In this document: positions 9,995 through 21,039 of the stretch, one piece after another
Position numbering within the stretch: position 1 is the first letter of the stretch
Layout of the letters: every line of letters starts with the position of its first letter
From: an uncultured Gemmatimonadales bacterium
GTDB lineage: Bacteria > Gemmatimonadota > Gemmatimonadetes > Longimicrobiales > RSA9
Assembly (NCBI GenBank): GCA_963708135.1
Contig: OY970192.1
Coordinates: 1,600,001 to 1,664,000, forward strand
Direction of reading: 5' to 3'
DNA: 64,000 bases
Notes under the pieces: model-generated
What the model was told of the DNA's origin: nothing
Seen by the model: the letters and a program-made list of their open reading frames with translations, nothing else
Database searches by the model: none
Program-made: the position numbers and the translations under genes

Positions 9995-11007
9995 GCCATG
10001 GGGTGCCGGTGCGCGGCCGAATACCGGCCGGTGACATGGTGCTCGAGCTGCCGTTCGATATCGCCGAGCAGGGAACTGGCGCCAAAGCGGAAGAGCTCGG
10101 GCCGGATCCAGTCGGTGCCGAGCTCCTCCTTCATCATGAGCAGCCACTCGAGCGACTGCTTCGCGGTGCGGATGCCACCCGCGGGCTTCAGGCCGATCTT
10201 CACGCCGGTGCGCTCGTGGTACGCGCGGATGGCGCGGGCCATGACGAGGGAGACGGGCATCGTCGCATTGACGCCCTCCTTCCCCGTCGAGGTCTTCACG
10301 AAGTCGGCGCCGGCCATCATGCACACGAGCGAGGCGCGGGCGACGTTGCCGAGCGTACCGAGCTCGCCCGTGGCCAGGATCGTCTTCATGTGCGCCTCGC
10401 CCGAGGCCTCGCGGAAGGCGCGCACCTCGTCGTAGAGGGCGGGCCAGCTGCCGGTGAGGACGTGGGCACGCGTGATGACGATGTCGATCTCGCGTGCGCC
10501 GGCGTCCACGGACGCGCGGATCTCGGCCAGCCGCTGCGGGAACGGACTCAGCCCGGCCGGGAAGCCGGTGGAGACGGCGGCGACGGGAATGCCGGTGCCG
10601 CGCAGCGCGTGGACGGCCGTCTCGACGAAGTGGTGGTAGACGCACACGGCGGCGACGCGGATGCCGAGGTCCGAGGCGCCGAGGGCGTCGAGCAGGTCGG
10701 CACGCACGGGCTGGCGCGCCTTGGCGCAGAGGCGGCGCACGGTACCCGCGGTGTCGTCCCCGGAGAGGGTGGTCAGGTCGATGAGCGTGACGGCGCGCAG
10801 CAGCCAGGCGGCCTGCCACTGCTTCTTCACCGTGCGGCGGGTGGCGATGGTGGCGGCGCGGCGCTCGACGGCGCTCCGGTTCACGCGCACGGCGCGGACC
10901 CAGTCGAGCTCCAGGGGCATGCCGGGGTTGCGCACGGGGCCGTGGGAGCCCTGCGGACGGAGGGCGGCGCGGGGGGCGGCCATGGGACCGGCGTCGGTGG
11001 AACTCAT
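9991..11007 (-). CDS. deoC: Deoxyribose-phosphate aldolase (long form)
   Basis: IDLTTLSGDDT, VAAVSTGFPAG, EIDIVI, ADFVKTSTGK, KPAGGIR, RFGASSLL. Confidence 0.95.
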   Translation of the reverse strand: MSSTDAGPMAAPRAALRPQGSHGPVRNPGMPLELDWVRAVRVNRSAVERRAATIATRRTVKKQWQAAWLLRAVTLIDLTTLSGDDTAGTVRRLCAKARQPVRADLLDALGASDLGIRVAAVCVYHHFVETAVHALRGTGIPVAAVSTGFPAGLSPFPQRLAEIRASVDAGAREIDIVITRAHVLTGSWPALYDEVRAFREASGEAHMKTILATGELGTLGNVARASLVCMMAGADFVKTSTGKEGVNATMPVSLVMARAIRAYHERTGVKIGLKPAGGIRTAKQSLEWLLMMKEELGTDWIRPELFRFGASSLLGDIERQLEHHVTGRYSAAHRHPMA

Positions 11008-11089
11008 AACGGAAAAGATACCCACCGCAGGCGACGGCGCCAGTCCGCTCTCTCGCGCCCGCGGGGCCGCGGGCATAGCTTGGCGCGCC

Positions 11090-11815
11090 ATGGAGAAGCC
11101 CGACTACATCGCATCGGACGTCCACCTCGGCGCGGTGCCGCGCGAGACGGAGCAGAGGTTCCTGCGCTTCCTGGACCGCGTGGGCGCGGAGGCGCGCTCG
11201 CTGCTGATTCCCGGGGACCTGTTCGACTTCTGGTTCTCGTGGGGGGACGTCATCCCGGGGCGCCACGTGCGGGTGCTGGGCGCGCTCGGGCGGCTGGTGG
11301 ACGCGGGCGTGCCGGTCTCGATGGTGGCGGGGAACCATGACGCGTGGGGCGGCCGGTTCCTGCGGGAGGAGCTGGGCATCACGTACTCGGAGACGATGCT
11401 GCGGCTGGAGCTGGGCGGCCGGCCGGCGCTGGTGGCGCACGGCGACGGGGTTGGAGGAGGCGACCTCAAGTACCGCGCGCTGAAGGCCACGATCCGCAGC
11501 CGGCTGGCGAGGGGCGGGTTCCGGGCGCTGCACCCGGAGCTGGGGCTGCGGATCGCGCGGGCGGTGTCAACGACGGAGGAGAAAGCCGGCCGGGACCCGC
11601 TGGCGGGGCGGGCGCGCTACATCCAGGCATGGGCGCTGGGGCAGCTCGAGGCGGAGCCGGAGCTGACGTGGGTGGTGTGCGGGCACGCGCACGTGCCGGC
11701 GATCGTCCGGGCGGGTGAGGGGCAGGCGTATCTGAACGCGGGGGACTGGGTGAGGAACCGGACGTACATCACGGTGGGGGAGAGCTCCGGAGCCGAGCTC
11801 AGGAGCTGGGACTAG
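11090..11815 (+). CDS. lpxH: UDP-2,3-diacylglucosamine diphosphatase (LpxH-like metallophosphoesterase)
   Basis: SDVHLG, GDLFDFW, GNHD, HGDG, GHAH and YLNAGDW motifs. Confidence 0.85.
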   Translation: MEKPDYIASDVHLGAVPRETEQRFLRFLDRVGAEARSLLIPGDLFDFWFSWGDVIPGRHVRVLGALGRLVDAGVPVSMVAGNHDAWGGRFLREELGITYSETMLRLELGGRPALVAHGDGVGGGDLKYRALKATIRSRLARGGFRALHPELGLRIARAVSTTEEKAGRDPLAGRARYIQAWALGQLEAEPELTWVVCGHAHVPAIVRAGEGQAYLNAGDWVRNRTYITVGESSGAELRSWD

Positions 11816-11843
11816 AGGGCAGGGCCGCGCGAAGACGGGAGGG

Positions 11844-12674
11844 TCAGGCGGCGCGGCCGAACTCCTCGAGGTCCACGCGCTCGACGTGCTGGATGAGGTC
11901 GCCGACGAAGGTGCGGCCGACGTCGCGGAAGCGGAGCGGCGCGTCGCTGGCGAAGAAGGCGTGGCGCGGGGGCGCGGCGGCGGCGTCGCGGAGCAGGGCC
12001 GCGGCGCCCAGCGTCTGCTCGACCTCGCGGGCGGTCTCGTGGGCGGAATCCACGAGCGTCACCTGCGGCCCCATGATGTCCTGCAGCAGGTCCCGCAGCA
12101 GTGGGTAGTGGGTGCAGCCGAGGATCAGCACATCGACGTCCATCTGCTTCAGCGGCGCGAGATAGCTCTCCGCGATCAGGCGGGTCGCGGTTCCCTCCAG
12201 CATCCCTTCCTCCACGAGCGGCACGAAGAGCGGGCAGGGCTGCGCGTAGACGCGGGTTTCGGCGAGGCGGCGGCGAACGGCCAGGTCATAGGCGCCGGAG
12301 TGGATCGTGCCGGTGGTGCCGATGACGCCGATGCGCCCGGTGCGAGTGGCGTGGGCGGCCGCGCGGGCGCCCGGCTCGATGACGCCGATGACGGGGATGG
12401 GCAGCGCATCGGCGAGCGCGTCGTAGGCCGCGGCGGTGGCGGTGTTACAGGCGATGACCAGCGCCTTCACGCCGCGGGAGAGGAGGAAGGCCGAGGCCTC
12501 ACGCGCGTAGCGGCGCACGGTGGCGGGGGACTTGGATCCGTACGGGACGCGGGCCGTATCGCCGAAGTAGACGAGCGGTTCGGCCGGCAGGCGGGCGACG
12601 AGCTCGCGCACGACGGTCAGACCGCCGAGGCCGGAGTCGAAGACGCCGATGGGACGTTCGGCGGTGTCGCTCAC
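11844..12674 (-). CDS. murI: Glutamate racemase
   Basis: IGVFDSGLGGLTV, VPYG, IACNTA, LILGCTHYP. Confidence 0.97.
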   Translation of the reverse strand: MSDTAERPIGVFDSGLGGLTVVRELVARLPAEPLVYFGDTARVPYGSKSPATVRRYAREASAFLLSRGVKALVIACNTATAAAYDALADALPIPVIGVIEPGARAAAHATRTGRIGVIGTTGTIHSGAYDLAVRRRLAETRVYAQPCPLFVPLVEEGMLEGTATRLIAESYLAPLKQMDVDVLILGCTHYPLLRDLLQDIMGPQVTLVDSAHETAREVEQTLGAAALLRDAAAAPPRHAFFASDAPLRFRDVGRTFVGDLIQHVERVDLEEFGRAA

Positions 12675-13381
12675 CAGGGTTTCCGGGCGGGGAGCACGGC
12701 GCGGATCTCGAGGCCGCCGCCGCTGCGGGGCTCGATCTGGATGGCGGTCGGGAAATCGGAGAGCTGCGCGTTGATGTAGGCATCGGCGCCGCCCGCCAGG
12801 GTCCAGAAGATGGCGAGAGTGATCCAGTCTTCGCGTTGCTTCTTGCGGCTCCTGACGAGGCCGTGGGCGTCGCGGACGGCGGGCACGCTGTCGATAGCGA
12901 GCTCGAGGCCTCCGCGCCTCGCGATCGAGTCGGCGAAGACGCTGTCCTGGCCGGCCCGCGTCCAGAAGGAATCGGTGACGAAGGTGCGTCTCACGTTCTC
13001 CCAGCTCTTGGCGCTGTTCAGCTTCGCGATCGTCTTGATCAGCATGTAGTCGCTGACGGTCTCGATCGCGAAGAAGATACCACCGCGCACGTAGGAGTGG
13101 GCGCTGGCCTCGCCCCAGCCCGGCACGAGGAGCGAGCGGAGGAACGCCTTGGCAGGGCTGATCAGAAGCGTGCGTCCGGCGGTATCGGCGGCCGCGGTCC
13201 GGCCGGTGTCCGCCGCGACGCGGCCGGTGGCGAGCGGCGCCACGCGCGTGGTATCGAGCGGCGCGGCGCGGGTCGTGTCGACGCGCGGCTTCGGCTTCTG
13301 CTGCGCGGCGGCGGGCGGGGCGGCGAGACAGAGGCCGGCGAGGGTCGCGAGCAGAGCGCGGCGGAGGAGGGGGCGGCTCAC
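12671..13381 (-). CDS. Exported/membrane protein, DUF5683-like
   Basis: GTG at 13381 overlaps the upstream stop. Signal peptide, SPAKAFLRSLLVPGWG and ADAYINAQLSDF. Confidence 0.7.
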   Translation of the reverse strand: MSRPLLRRALLATLAGLCLAAPPAAAQQKPKPRVDTTRAAPLDTTRVAPLATGRVAADTGRTAAADTAGRTLLISPAKAFLRSLLVPGWGEASAHSYVRGGIFFAIETVSDYMLIKTIAKLNSAKSWENVRRTFVTDSFWTRAGQDSVFADSIARRGGLELAIDSVPAVRDAHGLVRSRKKQREDWITLAIFWTLAGGADAYINAQLSDFPTAIQIEPRSGGGLEIRAVLPARKPW

Positions 13382-14409
13382 GCTTCCCCGCCTTTCAGCG
13401 CGCCGGCGGCGCTCGGCTCGCCGGCGAGCGGCGCCGGATCGTCGAAGGGGCCGGGGCGGGCCGCCACGCCGGCCGGGCGCCCCCCCACGACGCGGAGCGC
13501 ACCGGGCTCGACGCTCACACGGATGCGTGTGGCGCCGGGCGGCTCGCGCAGCTCGCCATCGAGATGGAAGAAAAGGGGCGCGCCGCCGGCGCTCTCCACG
13601 GAGATCTCGCAGGCGCGACGGAGGGAGACGCGGGGGTGCCCGACGTGCGTGCCGCGCATGACGCGCGGCAGCACGCGAGCGATCTGCGGAAGCGTCAGCT
13701 GGTCCACGATGCACACGTCGAAGAGGCCGTCGGAGGGGCGGGCGCCGGGGCAAACCCAGAAGCCGCCGCCGAGACACGGGCCGTTGCCGATGGCCACGAT
13801 CATGACCCTGCGCTCGAGCGCCTCGCGATCCAGGCGGATGCGGAGGGGGATGGCCCGGAATCGCGCGAGCGACCGGAGCAGGGCGATCAGGTAGGAGAGC
13901 ATGCCGGGCAGGCGTGGCAGCCGCTCCATCTGGCGCACCACCTCGACATCGATGCCGGTGCCCATCCCGTTGACGAAGTACTCGCTCCCGCCCTGCCACT
14001 CGACGCGTCCCACGTCGAAGGCGGCGAGCCGGCCGGCCGCCAGCACGTCGTAAGCCGCGGCGCGGTCGGCGCCGGATGCGAGCAGCTTGGCGAAGTCGTT
14101 GCCGGTGCCGATCGGGATGACGCCGAGGCGCGGGACGTCGATGCCGCCGCGACCGCGCGCGCCGGCCCAGGACAGGATGCCGTTCGCGACTTCGTGGATG
14201 GTGCCGTCGCCGCCGGCGGCCACGATCGTCCCTGCGCCGGCCGCGGCGGCGTCCGCCGCGAGCGCCGCGGCATGGCCGGGCGCGGTGGTGGTCGACAGCT
14301 CGAAGGCGAGTCCACGGGCGCGGAGCTCGCGCTCGAGCTCGTTGCGGAGCCTCCGGCCGGCGCCGCCACCGGACGCTGGATTCAGGATGACGTGGAGCGG
14401 GGCAGCCAT
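13378..14409 (-). CDS. Diacylglycerol/lipid kinase family protein (YegS/DagK-like)
   Basis: ILNPASG, GGDGTIHEVANG, IPIGTGNDFA, DGE. Alternative start is GTG at 14442. Confidence 0.92.
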   Translation of the reverse strand: MAAPLHVILNPASGGGAGRRLRNELERELRARGLAFELSTTTAPGHAAALAADAAAAGAGTIVAAGGDGTIHEVANGILSWAGARGRGGIDVPRLGVIPIGTGNDFAKLLASGADRAAAYDVLAAGRLAAFDVGRVEWQGGSEYFVNGMGTGIDVEVVRQMERLPRLPGMLSYLIALLRSLARFRAIPLRIRLDREALERRVMIVAIGNGPCLGGGFWVCPGARPSDGLFDVCIVDQLTLPQIARVLPRVMRGTHVGHPRVSLRRACEISVESAGGAPLFFHLDGELREPPGATRIRVSVEPGALRVVGGRPAGVAARPGPFDDPAPLAGEPSAAGALKGGEA

Positions 14410-14451
14410 TCCGACAGCGGACCTTCTTCCAAGGGGTGGCACGGAGCGAGG

Positions 14452-14480
14452 ATGCTAGGCGTCGGCCGGCCGGCCGTCAA
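14452..14480 (-). promoter_or_regulatory. Sigma70-type promoter for the lipid kinase-DUF5683-murI unit
   Basis: Minus strand TTGACG-17 nt-TAGCAT. Confidence 0.7.
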
Positions 14481-15148
14481 TCACCCGGCGCCGGCTCGAA
14501 GAGCGCCGCGGCGATGGTGCGGATCACGTCGGCGCCGAAGCCGCGTCGGGCCAGGTATCCCCAGAGGCGACGCTTCAGCCGCAGTCCCTCGTCCGATCCG
14601 GCACCGGGCGCGGCGCGGGCGCCGACGTTCCGGCGCCACCAGGCCTGCGCGGCGCGGCGAGCGAGATCGGCCTCGGAGAGCTGCTGGTCGCGGAACACGG
14701 CCTCCACGGCGTCTCCGGCGAGGGCCCGGTCCACACCGCGCGCGCTTAGCTCCTGCACGAGGCGGCGGGCAGAGCGGGGGCGGGAGCGGACGCGATCACG
14801 CACGAAGGTCTCGGCGAACTCGTCGTCGCGCACGAGCCCTTCCTGCACGAGGTCCCGGACGCAGGCATCGGCAATGGCCAAGCCGAAGCCCTTGCGGGCG
14901 AGGCGGCGGGCCAGCTCGGCGGCGGTGCGCGCGCGGTGTGAAAGCAGGTCGAGGGCCGCCTGGCGGGCACGGAAGGCCTCGTCGCCCTCGAGGAGGACGG
15001 TGAGCGCCGCCGGCTCGAGCTCGCGGCCCTCGCGGAGGCCGGCGCGGAGGACGATCTCGGCGGCCAGCGTCGCGCGCAACCCGCCCTCGAGCCAGAGCTC
15101 GAGGCGGTCCGGGTGTCGCGGGACGGGCTTCAGTGCGGTGACGCGCAC
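14477..15148 (-). CDS. recX: Regulatory protein RecX
   Basis: GGAGGAGG RBS before GTG at 15148. AALDLLSHRARTAAELARRL, DDEFAE, ELSARGV, YLARRGF. Confidence 0.88.
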   Translation of the reverse strand: MRVTALKPVPRHPDRLELWLEGGLRATLAAEIVLRAGLREGRELEPAALTVLLEGDEAFRARQAALDLLSHRARTAAELARRLARKGFGLAIADACVRDLVQEGLVRDDEFAETFVRDRVRSRPRSARRLVQELSARGVDRALAGDAVEAVFRDQQLSEADLARRAAQAWWRRNVGARAAPGAGSDEGLRLKRRLWGYLARRGFGADVIRTIAAALFEPAPGD

Positions 15149-15224
15149 GCGCCTCCTCCGGGTGCGAAGGGGAGGACTAATACCGCGGCCGCGGCGGATC
15201 GTGCCCGCGGCAGGGCGCACGCCC

Positions 15225-15253
15225 TTGTTGCCCGGGCCGGTGGGACGTAGCGT
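15225..15253 (+). promoter_or_regulatory. Putative sigma70 promoter upstream of the CDF transporter
   Basis: TTGTTG-17 nt-TAGCGT. Confidence 0.45.
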
Positions 15254-15303
15254 GCGGGACGCCCGCGGCGGGGGTACGGATCGGACGACAGGCGAGCGGA
15301 GGC

Positions 15304-16272
15304 ATGAAGAGGCACGGGGACACGGAGCTGGAGCTCGAGGAGCGGCGGGGGCTCATGCGCTACGCCGCGTTCTCGATCCTGGCGGCGGTGGCGAACATCG
15401 CGCTGAAGGGCGGCGCGTACGTGCTCACCGGGTCCGTGGGCCTGCTCTCCGACGCGCTCGAGAGCCTCGTGAACCTGGCCGCGGCCGTGGTGGCGCTCGT
15501 TGCGCTGGGGGTGGCCGCGCTGCCAGCGGACGAGGAGCACACGTACGGCCACACCAAGGCGGAGTACCTCTCGAGCGGGTTCGAGGGCGCGCTGATCCTG
15601 GTGGCGGCCGGAAGCATCGCGTACGCGGCGATCCGCAGGCTGCTCCACCCGCAAGCGATCACGGCGGTGGGGATCGGGATCGCGATTTCCCTGCTGGCGT
15701 CCGCGCTCAATTTCGGGGTGGCCCGGGTACTGTTCCGGGCCGGCCGGCGGTTCGAATCGGTCTCACTCGAGGCCGACGCGCACCACCTGATAACGGATGT
15801 CTGGACGTCGGTCGGGGTCGTGGTGGGCGTATCGGCGGCGGCGTTGACGCGGCTGGACTTCCTGGATCCGGCGGTCGCGCTGCTGGTGGCGGCCAACATC
15901 GTGCGGATCGGGGTGCAGCTCCTGCGGCGCTCGGCGCTCGGGCTGCTGGACACGGCGCTGCCGGCGGAGATGCGCGACCTGATCCTCGCCATTCTCGACT
16001 CGGAGAAGGAGCACGGGATCGATTACCACGCGCTGCGGACGCGGCAGGCCGGGGTGCGACGGTTCGTTTCGTTCCACATCCTGGTGCCGGGCGAGTGGAG
16101 CGTGCAGCGGGGGCACGACGCGCTGGAGCGGATCGAGGACCGGATCCGTTCGGCGCTGCCCTACACGACGGTGTTCACGCACCTCGAGCCGCTGGAGGAC
16201 CCGGTGTCGTTCGAGGACACGCGGCTCGAGCGGCGGCGCGGAGAGCCCCCCGGCGGCAGCGGGCGGGCGTAG
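15304..16272 (+). CDS. Cation diffusion facilitator (FieF-like) transporter
   Basis: [42 protein letters not shown]. Confidence 0.93.
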   Translation: MKRHGDTELELEERRGLMRYAAFSILAAVANIALKGGAYVLTGSVGLLSDALESLVNLAAAVVALVALGVAALPADEEHTYGHTKAEYLSSGFEGALILVAAGSIAYAAIRRLLHPQAITAVGIGIAISLLASALNFGVARVLFRAGRRFESVSLEADAHHLITDVWTSVGVVVGVSAAALTRLDFLDPAVALLVAANIVRIGVQLLRRSALGLLDTALPAEMRDLILAILDSEKEHGIDYHALRTRQAGVRRFVSFHILVPGEWSVQRGHDALERIEDRIRSALPYTTVFTHLEPLEDPVSFEDTRLERRRGEPPGGSGRA

Positions 16273-16281
16273 CGGCGGCAC

Positions 16282-16938
16282 ATGGAGATCCGGGCGCTCT
16301 TTCTCGACATCGGCGGCGTGCTGCTGACGAACGGCTGGGACACGGCCGCGCGCCGGCGCACCGCGGAGCGCTTCGGGCTGGCGTGGGACGAGCTCGAGGA
16401 GCGGCACCAGCTCCAGGTTGGCGCGCTCGAGACGGGCCGCCTCACGCTGGACGAGTACCTGGACAGCGTGGTCTTCCACCGGGAGCGGAGCTTCGGCCGG
16501 GAGGAGCTCCGCGCTTTCATGTACGCCCTGTCGGCGCCACACGAGAAGGCGTTGCGGCTGGCGCGCTCTCTCGCGCGTGAGCGGCGGTGGCTCATCGCCG
16601 CGGTGAACAACGAGTCGCGGGAGCTGAACGCATACCGGATCGCGACGTTCGCGCTGGAGGAGATCTTCGACGTGTTCCTCAGCTCGTGCTACCTCGGCGT
16701 GGCGAAGCCGGGGCGGGAGATCTACAGGCGCGTGCTGGAGCTGACGCAGCACGAGGCGGCGGCGTGCGCGTTCGTGGACGACCGCGCGCTGAACGTGGAG
16801 GTGGCGGCGCGCACAGGGATGCACGCGCTGCGATACACGGACGCGGCACGGCTCGCGGAGTGGCTGGCGGAGCTCGGCGTGCGCGGCGGCGACGATGCGG
16901 CGGAGGGCGGGGACGCGCGGTCCCCGTCGGGGTCCTGA
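16282..16938 (+). CDS. HAD-family phosphatase
   Basis: FLDIGGVLL, KP, FVDDR..NV motifs. Confidence 0.9.
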   Translation: MEIRALFLDIGGVLLTNGWDTAARRRTAERFGLAWDELEERHQLQVGALETGRLTLDEYLDSVVFHRERSFGREELRAFMYALSAPHEKALRLARSLARERRWLIAAVNNESRELNAYRIATFALEEIFDVFLSSCYLGVAKPGREIYRRVLELTQHEAAACAFVDDRALNVEVAARTGMHALRYTDAARLAEWLAELGVRGGDDAAEGGDARSPSGS

Positions 16939-16957
16939 GCGGGGAGAGGAGACGGCA

Positions 16958-17872
<915 letters not shown>

Positions 17873-18027
17873 GGGGAACCGGCCGGGGCGGCGCGCGCCC
17901 CCGCACACCGGGACTCGAGCCGACGAAGCGCGGCGGGCCAGAGGGGGAGAGCACGGCCCGGGCGGCGGCCCGGGCGGCGGCGAGCGCGCGGCAGGGCGAG
18001 CGGGCGCCGGGGGCGGAGGAGGCCGTG

Positions 18028-19485
18028 ATGCCGCGCGCGCCCGTCGAGCCGCACCTGTTCGTGATCCTGGGCGCGACGGGCGATCTCACGCGGCGGAAGC
18101 TGCTGCCGGCGGTGGCGGGCCTGATCCGCCGGGGCGGGCTGGGCGGCGAGACGGTGATCCTGGCCGCGGCGCTGGGGGAGGAGCCGACGGAGGGGGAGTA
18201 CCGGACGTGGGCGCACGGGTCGCTCGGGGATGCGGAACTGGACGACGGCGAGCTGCGGCACTGGTGCGACGACTGCCTGCACTACCAGCCGCTCGGCGAG
18301 GGCGGGGCGGACGGGTACGCAGCGCTGGCGCGGCGGATCGAGGAGGTCGAGCAGGAACACGGGCTGCCGGGGAACCGGATCTTCTACCTCGCGCTGCCGC
18401 CGCGGGCGTTTCCGCGCGCGATCAATGCGCTGGGTGGAACGGGGCTCAACCGGGCGCCCGGGTGGGCGCGGCTGGTGATCGAGAAGCCGTTCGGGCGGGA
18501 CCTCGAGAGCGCGCGTCGGCTGAACGAGGTGGTGCACCGCTGGTTCGACGAGTCGCAGGTGTACCGGATCGACCACTACCTGGGCAAGGAGACGGTTCGG
18601 AACCTGCTCGTGTTCCGCTTCGCCAACCCGATCTTCGAGTCACTGTGGAACCGTGACCGGATCGAGAGCGTGCAGATCACGGTGGCCGAGTCGCTCGGCG
18701 TGGGCCACCGGGCGGGTTACTACGAAACGGCGGGCGCGCTGCGCGACATGGTGCAGAACCATCTCACGCAGCTGCTCACGCTGGTGGCAATGGAGGTGCC
18801 GGCGACCTTCGACGCGGATGCCATCCGGGCCGAGAAGGTGAAGGTGCTGCGCACGATGGAGCCGGTGTGGCCCGAGGACGTGGTCTACGGCCAGTACACG
18901 GCCGGCGAGGTGGACGGGGTGCCGGTACCCGGATACCGTGAGGAGCCGGACGTGGCGCCGGATTCGCGCACGCCCACCTTCGTCGCGCTCCGGCTCGACG
19001 TGCCGAACTGGCGCTGGGAGGGAGTGCCCTTCTACCTGCGCACCGGCAAGCGGCTGGCACGGCGGCAGACGCGCATCGTGGTGCGGTTCCGGCGCGCGCC
19101 CGTGGCGTTGTTCCAGGACTCCGAGACGCCCGAGGTGCGGCACAACGTGCTGACCATGACGCTCCAGCCGAACGAGGGCTTCGCCATCGCGTTCCAGGTG
19201 AAGCGGCCCGGGGCCGACGTGGACCTGGCCGAGGAGCGGCTGCACTTCGAGTACGCGGACGCGTTCGGGACGCTGCCGGAGGCCTACGAGACGCTGCTCT
19301 ACGACGTCGCGATCGGGGACCAGACGCTGTTCGTGCACGCGGAGGAGGTCGAGGCGTCGTGGCGGCTGTACGAGAAGGTCCTGGACTGGAGCGGCCGCGC
19401 GGTGGAGCCGTACCCCGCGGGGAGCGAGGGCCCGGCGGAGGCGGACCGCCTGATGCCCGCGGAGGAGGGCTGGACAGAGGAGTGA
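18028..19485 (+). CDS. zwf: Glucose-6-phosphate 1-dehydrogenase
   Basis: GATGDL, EKPFG, RIDHYLGKE, RDMVQNH, GVPFYLRTGK. GGAGGAGG RBS. Confidence 0.97.
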   Translation: MPRAPVEPHLFVILGATGDLTRRKLLPAVAGLIRRGGLGGETVILAAALGEEPTEGEYRTWAHGSLGDAELDDGELRHWCDDCLHYQPLGEGGADGYAALARRIEEVEQEHGLPGNRIFYLALPPRAFPRAINALGGTGLNRAPGWARLVIEKPFGRDLESARRLNEVVHRWFDESQVYRIDHYLGKETVRNLLVFRFANPIFESLWNRDRIESVQITVAESLGVGHRAGYYETAGALRDMVQNHLTQLLTLVAMEVPATFDADAIRAEKVKVLRTMEPVWPEDVVYGQYTAGEVDGVPVPGYREEPDVAPDSRTPTFVALRLDVPNWRWEGVPFYLRTGKRLARRQTRIVVRFRRAPVALFQDSETPEVRHNVLTMTLQPNEGFAIAFQVKRPGADVDLAEERLHFEYADAFGTLPEAYETLLYDVAIGDQTLFVHAEEVEASWRLYEKVLDWSGRAVEPYPAGSEGPAEADRLMPAEEGWTEE

Positions 19486-19557
19486 GCGGCGCCCGCTCCG
19501 GCGGCGGGGCGGGCGAACCGGCGAGGCGAAACGCGAACGGCGGACGGGAGCGGTGGA

Positions 19558-21039
19558 ATGGCGGAGGGCCTGGTGCAGCTGGCACCGGTGGAGCATCACG
19601 TCGCGCTCGAGGACTACGGCGCGGTGGCGCACCTCGCGCAGGCCGTGCAGGAGCTCCGCGCGCACGCGGCACAGGTGCTCCCCGCCCTGCGCGGCCGCAC
19701 GCTGTGGATGGTCAACTCGACGGCGCAGGGCGGCGGCGTGGCGGAGATGCTGCCGACCATGGTCGCGCTGCTGCGGGACCTTGGCTTCAGCGTCGAGTGG
19801 GCGGTGATCTCGCCGGGTGAGCCGGACTTCTTCGCGCTGACCAAGCGGCTTCACAACCTGATCCACGGGGCGGGCGACCCGGGGCTGGGCGAAGCGGAGC
19901 GGAACCTCTACGAGCGGGTGAGCCGCGCGTGCGCGGAGGCGCTCGGCGCGCTGGTCGGGCCGAGGGACCTGCTCGTGATCCACGACCCGCAGCCGGCGGG
20001 CGTGGGCGCGCTGGTGCGCGAGGCGCTGGGCGTGCCGGCGGTGTGGCGGTGCCACATCGGGATCGAGGAGCAGGTCCCCGAGACGCGCGCCGCCTGGCGG
20101 TTCCTCGAGCCATACGTGACGGCCTACGATGCGGCGGTGTTCACGGCCGCGGAGTACATCCCCTCCTACCTGACCGGCCGGGCACGGGTGATCCATCCGG
20201 CCATCGATCCGCTCAGCCACAAGAACCGGCCGCTCTCGCTGCACAAGCTGGTGGGCGTCATGCGCTGCGGCGCGCTGGTGCCCGCCTACGGACCGGTGAT
20301 CGCGCCGGCGTACGCGGAGCCGGTGCTCCGCCTGCAGCCGACGGGGGACTGGCGGGCGGCGACGGACCCGGAGGACATCGGTCTGCTGTTCCGGCCGATC
20401 GTGACGCAGGTCTCGCGCTGGGACCGGCTCAAGGGGCTCGCGCCGCTGCTCGAGGCGTTCGCGCTGCTCAAGCGCTCGCTCTCGGGGGGCGGCCCCGCGC
20501 GCTCTGCGGTGCATCAGCGGACCGTGGAGCTCGTGCGCCTCGTGCTCGCGGGACCCGCGCCCGGCGCGGTGGCGGACGATCCCGAGGCCACGGCCGTGCT
20601 GGACGACCTGCGCTCGGCCTACCTGGCGCTGGAGCCGGCGGTGCAGCAGGACGTGGCGCTGCTGCTGCTGCCGATGGGATCGCGCAAGGAGAACGCGCTG
20701 CTCGTGAACGCGCTGCAGCACGCCTCCAGCGTGGTGGCGCAGAACTCGTTGCGGGAGGGCTTCGGTCTCACGGCCGCGGAAGCGATGTGGAAGCGGGTGC
20801 CCGTGCTGGGCAGCCCCGCGAGGGGGCTCCAGATCCAGGTGCGGGACGGGCTGGACGGGCGCATCGGCCCCGATCCGGCGGATCCCGCGGCCGTGGCAGC
20901 GGTGCTGGACGAGATGCTCAAGGACGAGGGGGGGCGGACGCGCATGGGCGAGCGGGCGCAGCGGCGGGTCCACGACGAGTTCCTGATCTTCACGCAACTC
21001 CGGCAATGGCTGGAGCTTCTCGCGCCGCTGGCGGCGTGA
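19558..21039 (+). CDS. GT4 glycosyltransferase, trehalose synthase TreT-like
   Basis: VNSTAQGGGVAEML, IHDPQP, WRCHI, PAIDPLS, VSRWDRLKG, EGFGLTAAEAMWK. Confidence 0.85.
   Translation: MAEGLVQLAPVEHHVALEDYGAVAHLAQAVQELRAHAAQVLPALRGRTLWMVNSTAQGGGVAEMLPTMVALLRDLGFSVEWAVISPGEPDFFALTKRLHNLIHGAGDPGLGEAERNLYERVSRACAEALGALVGPRDLLVIHDPQPAGVGALVREALGVPAVWRCHIGIEEQVPETRAAWRFLEPYVTAYDAAVFTAAEYIPSYLTGRARVIHPAIDPLSHKNRPLSLHKLVGVMRCGALVPAYGPVIAPAYAEPVLRLQPTGDWRAATDPEDIGLLFRPIVTQVSRWDRLKGLAPLLEAFALLKRSLSGGGPARSAVHQRTVELVRLVLAGPAPGAVADDPEATAVLDDLRSAYLALEPAVQQDVALLLLPMGSRKENALLVNALQHASSVVAQNSLREGFGLTAAEAMWKRVPVLGSPARGLQIQVRDGLDGRIGPDPADPAAVAAVLDEMLKDEGGRTRMGERAQRRVHDEFLIFTQLRQWLELLAPLAA

Noticed and set aside
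7406..11533. 1375-aa ORF, and similar N-terminal extensions at 39288..42014, 19929..23450 and 34932..37253, as giant fusions
   Set aside because: The extensions overlap genuine genes in other frames. Internal starts with an RBS or stop/start overlaps explain them.
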